Source: a virus
IMG/VR virus record: IMGVR_UViG_3300012952_000020
Coordinates: 13,537 to 77,536 of that record
DNA length: 64,000 nt
Reading direction: 5' to 3' (one strand)
The position numbers were made by a program, and so were the translations under genes. Below, piece by piece: positions 43,343 to 52,799 of the stretch. The notes beneath the pieces are model-generated. The model searched no databases and was not told the origin of the DNA. It saw only the letters and a list, made by a program, of their open reading frames with translations. How positions within the stretch are numbered: position 1 is the first letter of the stretch; each line of letters starts with the position of its first letter.

Positions 43343-46300
43343 CTACTGATGGCCCAAGATGTGGAATGTCTCAAGAGCCTCTCCGTGGTGTTCTCCAGTA
43401 GCATCCTCACCGTAGGACGGACGCTTCTCGTTCGGACGGTTCACCTCAACAGTAGCGTTGATGTGGCAACCACTGAACGGTGGGTTCACGTTATTCGGTA
43501 CTGTTCCGTTGATCATCCGCTGTCCGTATCGCCCTGTGTATAGCACGAACAGAATCTCATGATCTCCGGGTGCGGTCAACTCCTCCACTGTGGGCATCTG
43601 ATCCATCAGTGTTCCAATGTCGCCTTCCTCATCCAGACCATGTGCTGCTGCGTTCTCTCGGACGTACCTCAACTCGGACACCAGATCGATCTCGATGCCA
43701 CAGTTGTTCTGCAACCTGTCCGTTTGAGCAACCTTGACCAGCGCACCATCACCGACACCGTGTTGGGTGTCCTGATAGGTGGCAGAGGCAAAGTCGAACG
43801 GGTCAGCGACATAGCAGTCACCGTGTGGCGCATTGGCGAACTCGTTATTGGCGAACTCTGCTGCACTCACATCCGTTTCCGTCATCGGGTCGGTATCGTA
43901 CAAGTACCCGGATGATGCAGGGACTCCCTCAACGTAGCCGCCGAGGTTGTCACTGATCATGGGGTACAGGTGGCCGGTGTACGCGTGATTGGGGTGGGCG
44001 TTGAATGGACCACCCCCACCGCCAGCAGCCGGGTGGATAGACTGGAAGTGAAGGAACGGCTTGTCTTCCATAGTGTCGGGTGCTGTGGGCCACTGGACCG
44101 CAGAACCGTTCTGCCTATCTCGGACAAGAAACAACTCCGTGAGGGATTTGGGAGCACTCGAACGACGAGTGTTGGGGTGTCCACCGCCTTGATAGGACGG
44201 GGAGTAACCACCACCGGGGCGAGCATGAAGGACGCGGAAAGAACAGTTCCAAAGTAGCTTTTGCGCCAGACCCGCATTGAACAACGCAGTGTACGTGTTC
44301 ATCAGGGGTTGCCACTCTACATCAGCAGTTCCGTTCCACGCAGCCTGCACCTCATGTTCCATTAGCTGGAAGGCATCGTGACAGGTGTTGCGGGGATCGC
44401 CGTCTTCAAGTGTAGACGGTACTGTGTCGAAGCCGTTTGGCAGGTTGGTGCCTGTCTTCCAATCGAACGAACCCATCGAGAACGTGAGTGGGTTTGCGTA
44501 GAAGGTACGAGCGCCATCGTAGCTGGAGTCGAGCACGATACCCGTACCAGTGTCACCGATGAACTGCGTATCCACGTCGAAGTCAGGCCCTTGGCCGGGG
44601 ATTGCGTTTCCGGGTCCGTCAAGCATGTCGCCGTTGAACTCTGAATCGTCATCATCAGACACAGACCAAGGGGAGGTGGCATCCCAAGTCAGCTTCAACA
44701 CATCCGCTGCTTCCATAGCATCACAGATAGCGGCCAAGGTCGTGGTGCCAATCTTGGCACGCATGACCGGAGCCTGCCAGTCGTAAGCTGACCGTGCGAA
44801 CAGTTGGTTGTCGTCGGGGAACCCGATGTAGCCACGGTTGTAGCCTTGAGTGCCTTGACCAAATCCAACGCCAGTGTAGTACGGACCAGTTGCTTCCGCT
44901 GCGGAGTACCAGTTGTTCTGGATCTCCACAATCTTGTCGATGAGCGGGAAGCCTTTGAACAAGTCCTCTCCTTCGGAGGACGACGGGTGGGTACGGAACA
45001 CGGGATGTAGATCCCACATATCGCCGCCCGTGTTCTCCGAGTAGTACCCCGAGTCGTCGTAGTAAATGTCACCGGAGTTCTCGCCCTTCAAGTACCACTT
45101 GAACGCAGGCATGAACGTAGGACCGGGCTTACCGTAGACACTGAATCCGGGGTACGCAAGCTGACTCGTCACACCGTCAGGAACAAACGGGAACGCTGCC
45201 AGATTGTTCGGGACTGTGATAGTCGCCCCATCCACGTTGACCGTACCAGAGTACGTTGTAGACGCCGTGCCGGGGTTGGTGTTGTGATTACCAAGACGAG
45301 GAATCTGCGACCATAGCTGCGTCGTCCCCAGTTCGTTTGATGACGCGAAGTCGTCCAGACCCCAGTAGTCCAAATCGTTTACCGATTTCAGACCTTGTGT
45401 GGATGACTGCTCACCCAAGAACTGATCCGTGGGTTGCGTCGTGATCGTGGGGATAATCAGTGACCGCTCACCCCATCGGTTGTAGACGGGATAGGCTACG
45501 CCATCAAACTGTGGGTAGGAATCCGCGCCGCCGAACAGGGAAGCGTTCTCGTCCCAGTCACCGTGAGGGAACCTAATGGATTCCATGAACGGGTGATACC
45601 AGTGGACGAATGGTTGGAACGCATCGGGGATCGGAGTGTCGCGCCAATCTCGGTCGCCAATCTCCAAAGCCACGTTGGGGTCCATTGTTCCGAAGGCTGC
45701 GTTTTCGCCGCTGTTACCTCCGGGTTGCCCGAGGTCCGGTGACGTAGCGATGATCTTGGGAAGACCGTCCTCATCAATCAGGTTCTCCGTAATCCACTCC
45801 AAGTTGACTCGTTCAATGAACGAGAGCAGCCCGTCAAGCATGGACATTCGACCTTGCAGGACGTTGTGCTGGTGCTTGGGCAGGGTTGCCCAGTGCGTCA
45901 GAGACAACGGTTCAAACCGAACGAACAGGTTGAGAGTGTCAACCAAAGCGTTGGTCTTTGTGCCTGTGGGAGCACCGTCAGCGTCCAGCGTTTCGGGGCC
46001 GGGATAGTAGTCGCCAATGTGATAACGAAGGCGAGCCACGGTGCATCGGTTCTCCCATGTGTCGAGTGGGTTCACCTCGTCCGTGGGGAGAGTAGGGAAC
46101 CGGCCCCAAGGACCAGCTTCCATATCCATACGCACGTCAGCCTCGATAACGTCCTGATTCACGTCTGCGGGGTTTGACACATCCGCTACGTTGATAGCGT
46201 GATGACCCCAACGGATCAGATCGTTAGCCTCCAGACCTTCGCCCGGAGTTTCATCAGCGTCGCCTTCACCCGGTGGGAAGTTGGACAAGCTGGCAGGCGT

Positions 46301-49036
46301 GGCGACTGTGCCGTCCGAAAGGACACCAGCTCCAACTCCGTAAGACTGTAGATTCACTGGGGAGTTGCCGTGCTCGTCTTCCTCGGGGTGTCCGTACGGT
46401 TGGCTAATGTCCTGACCACTGACCATAGAGGTGTCGAGGAACGCTGCCGCCGAAGCCATGATGAAGCCGTCGTAGGAGTTGCCGCTAACATCGCCAGCGC
46501 CGTCCTGTGACTGCTTCCAAGTACGAGGTAGTGAATCAGCCTCGGTGGTGTCGTAGTACATCACCCGCCAAGGCGCAGCCACATGGTAGTTGAACATGTC
46601 CATCTGGACATGCCCTTGTGTCTTGATTGCCAGCTTTCGGAACATCAACGCTTGCCGCATGAGTTCCGCTTGTCGCTGACCGTCAGCCGTTCCACGCTGC
46701 GTGAAGTCCGGCTCCGTGGATGAACCCGTTGCCTTTGCATAGTCCTGTGCTGCAAAGTTGTAGAAGCCCCAGCCTTGCTCACTGTCTACGGTGATCTCAT
46801 CACCGCCACGAGTAATATACTTACCGTATCCGGGGATGAACTCTCCAGACCACCAGTGACCTGATCGAACGCCATCCTCGATTGTGACTACACCTGTGCC
46901 TGCGTCCTGCGAGACACCTCCGACCAGCGGGTCGATTGAGCATACGGTTCCGACAGACTTATCGGTCGGGTTGAGTGACGTGTTGTCAGGAGTGTACGCG
47001 AACACTTCCGCAGACTGTCCCGAAGCGAACAGCGCCGTAGTATCTCCGTTTGCAACGTACTGATTTGACGAGGGTAGTCCGTAGGCTGTGTCCTCGATGA
47101 GGTTGCCGGAGTTGTCACGCTGCTGCCCGAAAGCCCACTGCGCTGACATACCCATCTGGTGTCCAAGACCCGACTGGTTCAGATACCAGTTGGTAAGACT
47201 GGAGATCCCGCAACCGAGGGACTGGTACTGGAGAGGGATGTTTCCGTGTCGGTCATACAGCGCCGTGATGCCACGAGCAATCGGCGCACCGCCGCCCGCT
47301 TTCTCAGCCGTAGTCATGCCTACGACCGCTGTAGCGTTTACAAGTGAGCGAGACATTTCCGCTACACCCATGACAATCTTGGGTGGCTGCATCATGCCGC
47401 CCATAAACAGGAGGCCAGTATCTCCGGGGTTCATGCCCCCATTAGTGACGATGTTGTTTTCACGACCGTACATTCCCACCATTGGGATAGACATGATTCC
47501 GCCTCCATCATCCCAAAGAGGGTGCAGGAGGCCGGGAATAAAGTACGGAGATAGAACGTCGTCGTCGTGAAGATCCGTGGAGGTTGGGTCCATCCGCTTC
47601 CAAGGAGGCATAATCCAAGCGAGCGGTACAATGTGGGACTCTGCCCCGCCACAAGTCTCTTGAAGCAGACAGTGAGCCGCAGTCCACCAACGGTCAGACG
47701 AGAACTCAACGTCGCCTGTCCCGAAGCCTTCCGAAATCTTCATAGCAAACGACGGAGTTGCGCCGAAGTTGCCGGGGCCTTGATCGAACCACTGTGATAC
47801 TGCGGTGCCTGACCCGTCGGGGTCAATGGCAGGAACCTGTGTAGCGGTATGCCGCAAAGCCTCGATGGGGTCTACTGCATAGTCAACGATCAAGGAGTTA
47901 CCTACCGAGTGGTAGTGAGGCTCCTTGTTCATGTCATCCAGTAGGCGTGCGAGGTGCCACTCTGTGATCGGAGACAGACCCGGCATGTCCGTGGTCATGC
48001 TCCACTTGGAGAGGCACATACGAACGCAGTAACGAACCTGTGTTCGGTGGGTAGTCTCCATGCCGAGAGTAACGTCCAGAAGATCCTCATCCTCGTCAGA
48101 CGAAATGTCCTCATTGAAGACTTGAACGTACATCATCGGGTAGCGCACAAGACCTGCGTAGGTCTGGTCAGCAGCCTGCGCTCCGGTCATGGCATCGAAC
48201 TGGGCTTTCCAGTTTACAAGGTCGTTGCCCGGAATGATGTAGTACTCATCACCTTGAGCCAAAGCAGCCGGTAGATTCGTGAGCCACTGCACAGAGGTAG
48301 CCGTGTAACCTGTAATGTCACGGACCTCGCCAGCGTTCGCACCAGTGACGAAATAGATTCGACACGCAGACTCTTCTACTCGAAACTGAAAAGCAGCCGG
48401 TGTCGCTGTGCCTGCTGGAAGCGGCTCGTCGTGAACCGGACCTGTCGGTCCCGAAACTACAACTTCACGGTAGCCGCCTGCCTCGGTCGATGTGCCGAGC
48501 AGGTTGTGACTTGCCGTGAACATCTTATTCTCATCGAACATTTCGTCGATGAGTCCTGCCCCGGCTGCCGTGACCTTGCCGTGGAACATGTGGTTAGCCC
48601 ACGGGCGCATCGTGGCCCCTGCTGCTCCAAGGTCAACGATCCGGTGCCAGTCAAAGATGATCTGCGATTCCAGATTGGCCGTGTCGATCTCGTTACTGTT
48701 GTCGAGCACTCCGAGGGGCGTAAGGAGAGAACCCATCGTGACTGCAAAGTTACAGTTGTTCGCATCGACCTCACCCTCGATACCGCTACCTCCGATAGCA
48801 CGAGAGACTGGTACAACAGTCCACTGCCTGTTACCGAGTACGGTCTGTGGGGTTTGATCGCCGCGAACAGCCATCTGTGCGACGTGCTTGGTCTGATTAG
48901 CTGCCAAGTCCTGTGCGTCGTTCAGATCCACATCGAGGACGGGCGACCCCTGCTGGAAGCGCACGTCCTTATAGTTCTTACTCTCGTCAACCGTACCCGT
49001 TCTGGACAGGTTCGGCTTGTTTGTAGGGTTTGCCAT
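43343..49036 (-). CDS. very large tail/baseplate-attached protein (fibre-like; DUF6519-like N-terminus)
   Basis: K.Y..V.FQQG.PVLD.DLN.AQD N-terminus; 1897 aa, rich in Gly/Asp/Thr; in the tail module. Confidence 0.75.
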   Translation of the reverse strand: MANPTNKPNLSRTGTVDESKNYKDVRFQQGSPVLDVDLNDAQDLAANQTKHVAQMAVRGDQTPQTVLGNRQWTVVPVSRAIGGSGIEGEVDANNCNFAVTMGSLLTPLGVLDNSNEIDTANLESQIIFDWHRIVDLGAAGATMRPWANHMFHGKVTAAGAGLIDEMFDENKMFTASHNLLGTSTEAGGYREVVVSGPTGPVHDEPLPAGTATPAAFQFRVEESACRIYFVTGANAGEVRDITGYTATSVQWLTNLPAALAQGDEYYIIPGNDLVNWKAQFDAMTGAQAADQTYAGLVRYPMMYVQVFNEDISSDEDEDLLDVTLGMETTHRTQVRYCVRMCLSKWSMTTDMPGLSPITEWHLARLLDDMNKEPHYHSVGNSLIVDYAVDPIEALRHTATQVPAIDPDGSGTAVSQWFDQGPGNFGATPSFAMKISEGFGTGDVEFSSDRWWTAAHCLLQETCGGAESHIVPLAWIMPPWKRMDPTSTDLHDDDVLSPYFIPGLLHPLWDDGGGIMSIPMVGMYGRENNIVTNGGMNPGDTGLLFMGGMMQPPKIVMGVAEMSRSLVNATAVVGMTTAEKAGGGAPIARGITALYDRHGNIPLQYQSLGCGISSLTNWYLNQSGLGHQMGMSAQWAFGQQRDNSGNLIEDTAYGLPSSNQYVANGDTTALFASGQSAEVFAYTPDNTSLNPTDKSVGTVCSIDPLVGGVSQDAGTGVVTIEDGVRSGHWWSGEFIPGYGKYITRGGDEITVDSEQGWGFYNFAAQDYAKATGSSTEPDFTQRGTADGQRQAELMRQALMFRKLAIKTQGHVQMDMFNYHVAAPWRVMYYDTTEADSLPRTWKQSQDGAGDVSGNSYDGFIMASAAAFLDTSMVSGQDISQPYGHPEEDEHGNSPVNLQSYGVGAGVLSDGTVATPASLSNFPPGEGDADETPGEGLEANDLIRWGHHAINVADVSNPADVNQDVIEADVRMDMEAGPWGRFPTLPTDEVNPLDTWENRCTVARLRYHIGDYYPGPETLDADGAPTGTKTNALVDTLNLFVRFEPLSLTHWATLPKHQHNVLQGRMSMLDGLLSFIERVNLEWITENLIDEDGLPKIIATSPDLGQPGGNSGENAAFGTMDPNVALEIGDRDWRDTPIPDAFQPFVHWYHPFMESIRFPHGDWDENASLFGGADSYPQFDGVAYPVYNRWGERSLIIPTITTQPTDQFLGEQSSTQGLKSVNDLDYWGLDDFASSNELGTTQLWSQIPRLGNHNTNPGTASTTYSGTVNVDGATITVPNNLAAFPFVPDGVTSQLAYPGFSVYGKPGPTFMPAFKWYLKGENSGDIYYDDSGYYSENTGGDMWDLHPVFRTHPSSSEGEDLFKGFPLIDKIVEIQNNWYSAAEATGPYYTGVGFGQGTQGYNRGYIGFPDDNQLFARSAYDWQAPVMRAKIGTTTLAAICDAMEAADVLKLTWDATSPWSVSDDDDSEFNGDMLDGPGNAIPGQGPDFDVDTQFIGDTGTGIVLDSSYDGARTFYANPLTFSMGSFDWKTGTNLPNGFDTVPSTLEDGDPRNTCHDAFQLMEHEVQAAWNGTADVEWQPLMNTYTALFNAGLAQKLLWNCSFRVLHARPGGGYSPSYQGGGHPNTRRSSAPKSLTELFLVRDRQNGSAVQWPTAPDTMEDKPFLHFQSIHPAAGGGGGPFNAHPNHAYTGHLYPMISDNLGGYVEGVPASSGYLYDTDPMTETDVSAAEFANNEFANAPHGDCYVADPFDFASATYQDTQHGVGDGALVKVAQTDRLQNNCGIEIDLVSELRYVRENAAAHGLDEEGDIGTLMDQMPTVEELTAPGDHEILFVLYTGRYGQRMINGTVPNNVNPPFSGCHINATVEVNRPNEKRPSYGEDATGEHHGEALETFHILGHQ

Positions 49037-49049
49037 GCTGTGTCTCCTT

Positions 49050-49622
49050 CTATGGCTCCAAGAACTCGATCTGGATCGTCCGAGTGATGGTCAATGTTGC
49101 GTCCTTATTGATAAGCGGGTGAACAATCCAGTTCAGAATATGCCCCGAGTCCGGTAGACCAGTTGCGAATCCACAGAACAAACCAAACTCCCGCATGGCA
49201 CCGTTAGCGTCAGCCGGGAGGAACGTCGATTCTATCTGAATCATACGGGAAGGACCAGCCACAACAGGGTGCGCTGGGTCGTCAGCGTCCAAAAAGGACA
49301 TATCAGAAGCGAGGATCGACTGACGATAATACTCTGTGGTTAGGGTCGTGTCTGCACGATCCTGCGGCACGGTTCCGGGCGCAAGAGCATCCCAAGCTAC
49401 ATCGCCACTTCCCACAGCGATGTACGAAATGCCCTCGAAAGGTACGGGAACCTGCCCAGCGGGTAGCTCATCCCAACGATGAAACAGACCGGCAGCGATG
49501 ATGGGGGCGACGTTCTGGATCTGGTTGTGGGTCCACTCGGTTTCCTCAACAAGCTCACCGTCACGGTAATACTTATCTTTCCACCTACCAATCATTCCCA
49601 GTCTTGCTCGCTCTTTGTCCAT
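49050..49622 (-). CDS. tail-fibre/collar attachment protein
   Basis: YIAVGSG...D..L..E..R...F...ANG..REFGLF.....I.K pattern. Confidence 0.7.
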   Translation of the reverse strand: MDKERARLGMIGRWKDKYYRDGELVEETEWTHNQIQNVAPIIAAGLFHRWDELPAGQVPVPFEGISYIAVGSGDVAWDALAPGTVPQDRADTTLTTEYYRQSILASDMSFLDADDPAHPVVAGPSRMIQIESTFLPADANGAMREFGLFCGFATGLPDSGHILNWIVHPLINKDATLTITRTIQIEFLEP

Positions 49623-49675
49623 TATCTGTATCTCCTAATCATGTTTCACTTGGTTTGTCAATAACCGTGTCACGC

Positions 49676-52600
49676 TCAATCGCCGCCGTCGTTGACGAAA
49701 TCACCACCAGAGTTGTCTCCACCCCCGCCGCCGAAGTTGTTGTCCCCATCCAAGGAGTTGTTCATACCGGAACTGCCAATGACGATGACCCGAACTGCTG
49801 TTGCTGTGTTTCCGTCGGAGTCAGTAGCTTTGTATCCTAAAATGTACGAACCTTCCACACTTGTATCCCCGGTAAACGTGGTTGCTTCGGAGTCAATGTT
49901 CACTTGAACATTACCATCCTCCGCATCAGTGGCGAAAGCACCAGCTTCCTCGTAGCCGTGATACTGCTGGACGAACGCTGGGTTCTCTCCGAGTATGTGG
50001 ATCACCGGGTAGTTGTCACTCACCACAACTACGTTGCGGTAGGCCAGTGTTTCGTTGCCTGCGTTGTCAACCGCTTTGTAGGCGACTGTGTAAGAGCCTG
50101 CAACGCTGTTGTTCACTTGCGAATCGTCTACGCTGACCAGATCCGTAACGTCACCGTCCTGTGCGTCGTGTGCTGTGTAGCCCGGTTCAACCCAAGACTC
50201 TGCCACGCTGATAGTGACCGTTCCTCCGGTCAACGTGATCGTCGGTGGGGTGTTGTCCGAAACGACCACAGTTCTCGATGCCGTAGCCGTATTGCCCGAC
50301 GAGTCTTGGACTGTGTAGGTCACGGTGTAAGTGCCTGCCACGTTTGAGTTTACAGGATCGCCTCCTGTTACGATGGCTGCGGTCAGGTCGCCGTCCACTG
50401 CGTCAACCGCTGTGGCTCCTGCGTCCGAGTATTCACCGCCTCCCTGACTAATCGTGACCACCGACTCCCCGGTGACTGTGATGATGGGAGGTGACAAGTC
50501 TTGTATGGTAACTGAACGAGAGGCTGTGCCTTCGTTCCCTGCCGCATCATCGACAGAGTACGTGATGGTCCAGACTCCGGGTTGTGGGTCCGAGGCGTTC
50601 CAACCCTCGTCGTCGGTGTAACTTGTGATGCTCCCAGTAAGGTCCGTGCCGTCATCATCGACTGCTGTGGCTCCGGGGTCCACCCAAGCGGTGCCTGTTT
50701 GGTGCGTAACCGCATCCCCGCCAATCAACGATATGACGGGTGCTGTCGTGTCTTGATCCACGATTTCTACTGTGCCGGAAACGATTGCGCCGATAGGTAC
50801 GCCGGTCATCGAGTCGGAAGGCACCACTCGGACTGAATGAGAGCCGGGTGCCACGTAGATAGTAGCCGCGTAGCCACTCAACTCACCATTCACGGTGATC
50901 CAATCTCCGTTATCGACAGAGTAGTTCCAGTACGTTGTAGTACCTGTGGATACAACGAACGTGGCTGATGCACTGTCTCCGTTGTCTACGAGGCTGACGA
51001 TATTGATAGTGTCCTGTGGGACGATGTTGACTGTTCGGATAGCTGTGACCGCTGCGTTGTTCGCCGCATCCTTCACGTCGTACAGGATGGAGTACGCCCC
51101 GAGAGTGTTCACATCTACCACGTCGCCGCTGATAGCCACGTTAGCCGTGATGTTCCCGTCCTGATTGTCCGTAGCCGAGTATCCGGGTTCAGACCACGGA
51201 ATAGCCATGTTCCAACTGACGGTGCTTCCCTGCTCCAAGGTGATGATGGGAGCCGTAGCATCCACAACTTGAACTGTGCGGGTAGCTGATCCCTTGTTGC
51301 CCGCCGAATCGGTGGCCTCATATACGATTGAATAGGTGCCGACCGCACTCATGTTCACGCCGTTCACCACGACGATAGACGCTGTGAGGTCGCCATCGGC
51401 TCCATCCACCGCAGTCGCTCCGGGGTCGTTGAACTGGGTATCCGCGTGCAGGGTCATCGGGTTTTCACCAGCAAGCGTGACCACTGGAGCCTGCGTATCT
51501 TGCACAACCACGGTTCGGGTCAACGATGGAGCGGGGTTCCCCGCTGCGTCAGCCACGGTGTAGGTGACTGTGTATGAGCCTTGGACAGCCGTATCAACGG
51601 AGGACACGGCTGCACCGTCGAGAGTTGTGGTGACAACTACTGCGCTGGTCAGATCCCCGTCATAGTTATCCGAAGCGGAGAATCCCGGTTCGGTCCAATC
51701 GTAGCCAACCTCTGCCGTGTAGTAGGTTGATCCTGTGAGGTTGATGACTGGTGATGTGCTATCGACCACGTTGAAGGCACGCTGTGCCGTGGTCACATTA
51801 CCTGTCGAGTCAGACACGGTGTAAGTGACGATGTACGAGCCTTTGGTTTCGGGGTCTACTTGAGAGTAGTCCACACTCACGGAGGACGTGAGATCGCCTT
51901 CCAATGAATCCTCTGCCGTGAACCCCGGCTCGTCTGCTGCCGTAAACGTGGTCTTGGCTTCCCAAGTCATCGGGTTGTCTCCGAGCAGGGTCAGCACGGG
52001 TGGGTGCTCGTCCGGCATCGGCATAGTCCATTGAGCCTGTGCGTAAGCCAAGTGCGTGTCACCTACACTATCTGCTGCTACGTTCAGCCAGTGATAACCA
52101 CCCGACATTCCGACAATGGGGATCAGCACAGTGTTCGTACCGAACTTTTGATTCCAGCTTGTGTAGCCTTCGTCCATGTACCAAGACCAGTGGTCAGTAC
52201 CGTCGCCGCCAAAGGACACTGTGAACTGGAGGTGGGTGGGGAGGTTGCCTTCGCCCTCTCCATAAACCAAAGAAATAGAATCCACTACAACCCAAGGCTC
52301 GACTCCCTGCGGCACCGTGGGGGTGTCGTCCTGTGGAGGTGCCGGGGGCATGTGGTCTGCCGTACACTGTGCGTATCCCGCATCGTACCCAGCTTGGTAC
52401 TGTGTGGCGTTGTCTGACGTTATGTCTACCGAAGCTACGCCTGCCGTGAACCCTTCTGCGTGTCCTCTTGTGTACCCCGCAGTGTCACCTTCATTGACAC
52501 CTCGATTGTATCCGAGAGCATCACCTTCAGTGTTACCTTCCGCTTTTCCACGGGTATAGCCTTCCGCATCACCTTCCGCACGAGAAGTGTTCCGAACCGC

Positions 52601-52798
52601 CGCGTCAACCTGTGATGCAAGGACGGTCGTGTTTGTTTCCGTGATCTTAGGTGCCTTGAGAACGAAGTGATCCGTGTGATCAGACTGGTCATACGTTCCT
52701 GATGGGTGCTGCACACCTGTTGGATCTGACACGTCGGAGAGCCAGTAAACCAACTCTCCGCTTGTCACGTTCTTGCTTCGGTTTAGTACGCTTCCCAT
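49676..52798 (-). CDS. virion surface protein with 8 DUF5011-like Ig repeats
   Basis: Eight P(V/I/T)(I/L/V)xxxG...(E/D)PG..A.D..DGD.T...G.Y...Y...D..GN....R.V.V units; N-terminal GxxxG repeats. Confidence 0.85.
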   Translation of the reverse strand: MGSVLNRSKNVTSGELVYWLSDVSDPTGVQHPSGTYDQSDHTDHFVLKAPKITETNTTVLASQVDAAVRNTSRAEGDAEGYTRGKAEGNTEGDALGYNRGVNEGDTAGYTRGHAEGFTAGVASVDITSDNATQYQAGYDAGYAQCTADHMPPAPPQDDTPTVPQGVEPWVVVDSISLVYGEGEGNLPTHLQFTVSFGGDGTDHWSWYMDEGYTSWNQKFGTNTVLIPIVGMSGGYHWLNVAADSVGDTHLAYAQAQWTMPMPDEHPPVLTLLGDNPMTWEAKTTFTAADEPGFTAEDSLEGDLTSSVSVDYSQVDPETKGSYIVTYTVSDSTGNVTTAQRAFNVVDSTSPVINLTGSTYYTAEVGYDWTEPGFSASDNYDGDLTSAVVVTTTLDGAAVSSVDTAVQGSYTVTYTVADAAGNPAPSLTRTVVVQDTQAPVVTLAGENPMTLHADTQFNDPGATAVDGADGDLTASIVVVNGVNMSAVGTYSIVYEATDSAGNKGSATRTVQVVDATAPIITLEQGSTVSWNMAIPWSEPGYSATDNQDGNITANVAISGDVVDVNTLGAYSILYDVKDAANNAAVTAIRTVNIVPQDTINIVSLVDNGDSASATFVVSTGTTTYWNYSVDNGDWITVNGELSGYAATIYVAPGSHSVRVVPSDSMTGVPIGAIVSGTVEIVDQDTTAPVISLIGGDAVTHQTGTAWVDPGATAVDDDGTDLTGSITSYTDDEGWNASDPQPGVWTITYSVDDAAGNEGTASRSVTIQDLSPPIITVTGESVVTISQGGGEYSDAGATAVDAVDGDLTAAIVTGGDPVNSNVAGTYTVTYTVQDSSGNTATASRTVVVSDNTPPTITLTGGTVTISVAESWVEPGYTAHDAQDGDVTDLVSVDDSQVNNSVAGSYTVAYKAVDNAGNETLAYRNVVVVSDNYPVIHILGENPAFVQQYHGYEEAGAFATDAEDGNVQVNIDSEATTFTGDTSVEGSYILGYKATDSDGNTATAVRVIVIGSSGMNNSLDGDNNFGGGGGDNSGGDFVNDGGD

Positions 52799-52799
52799 C

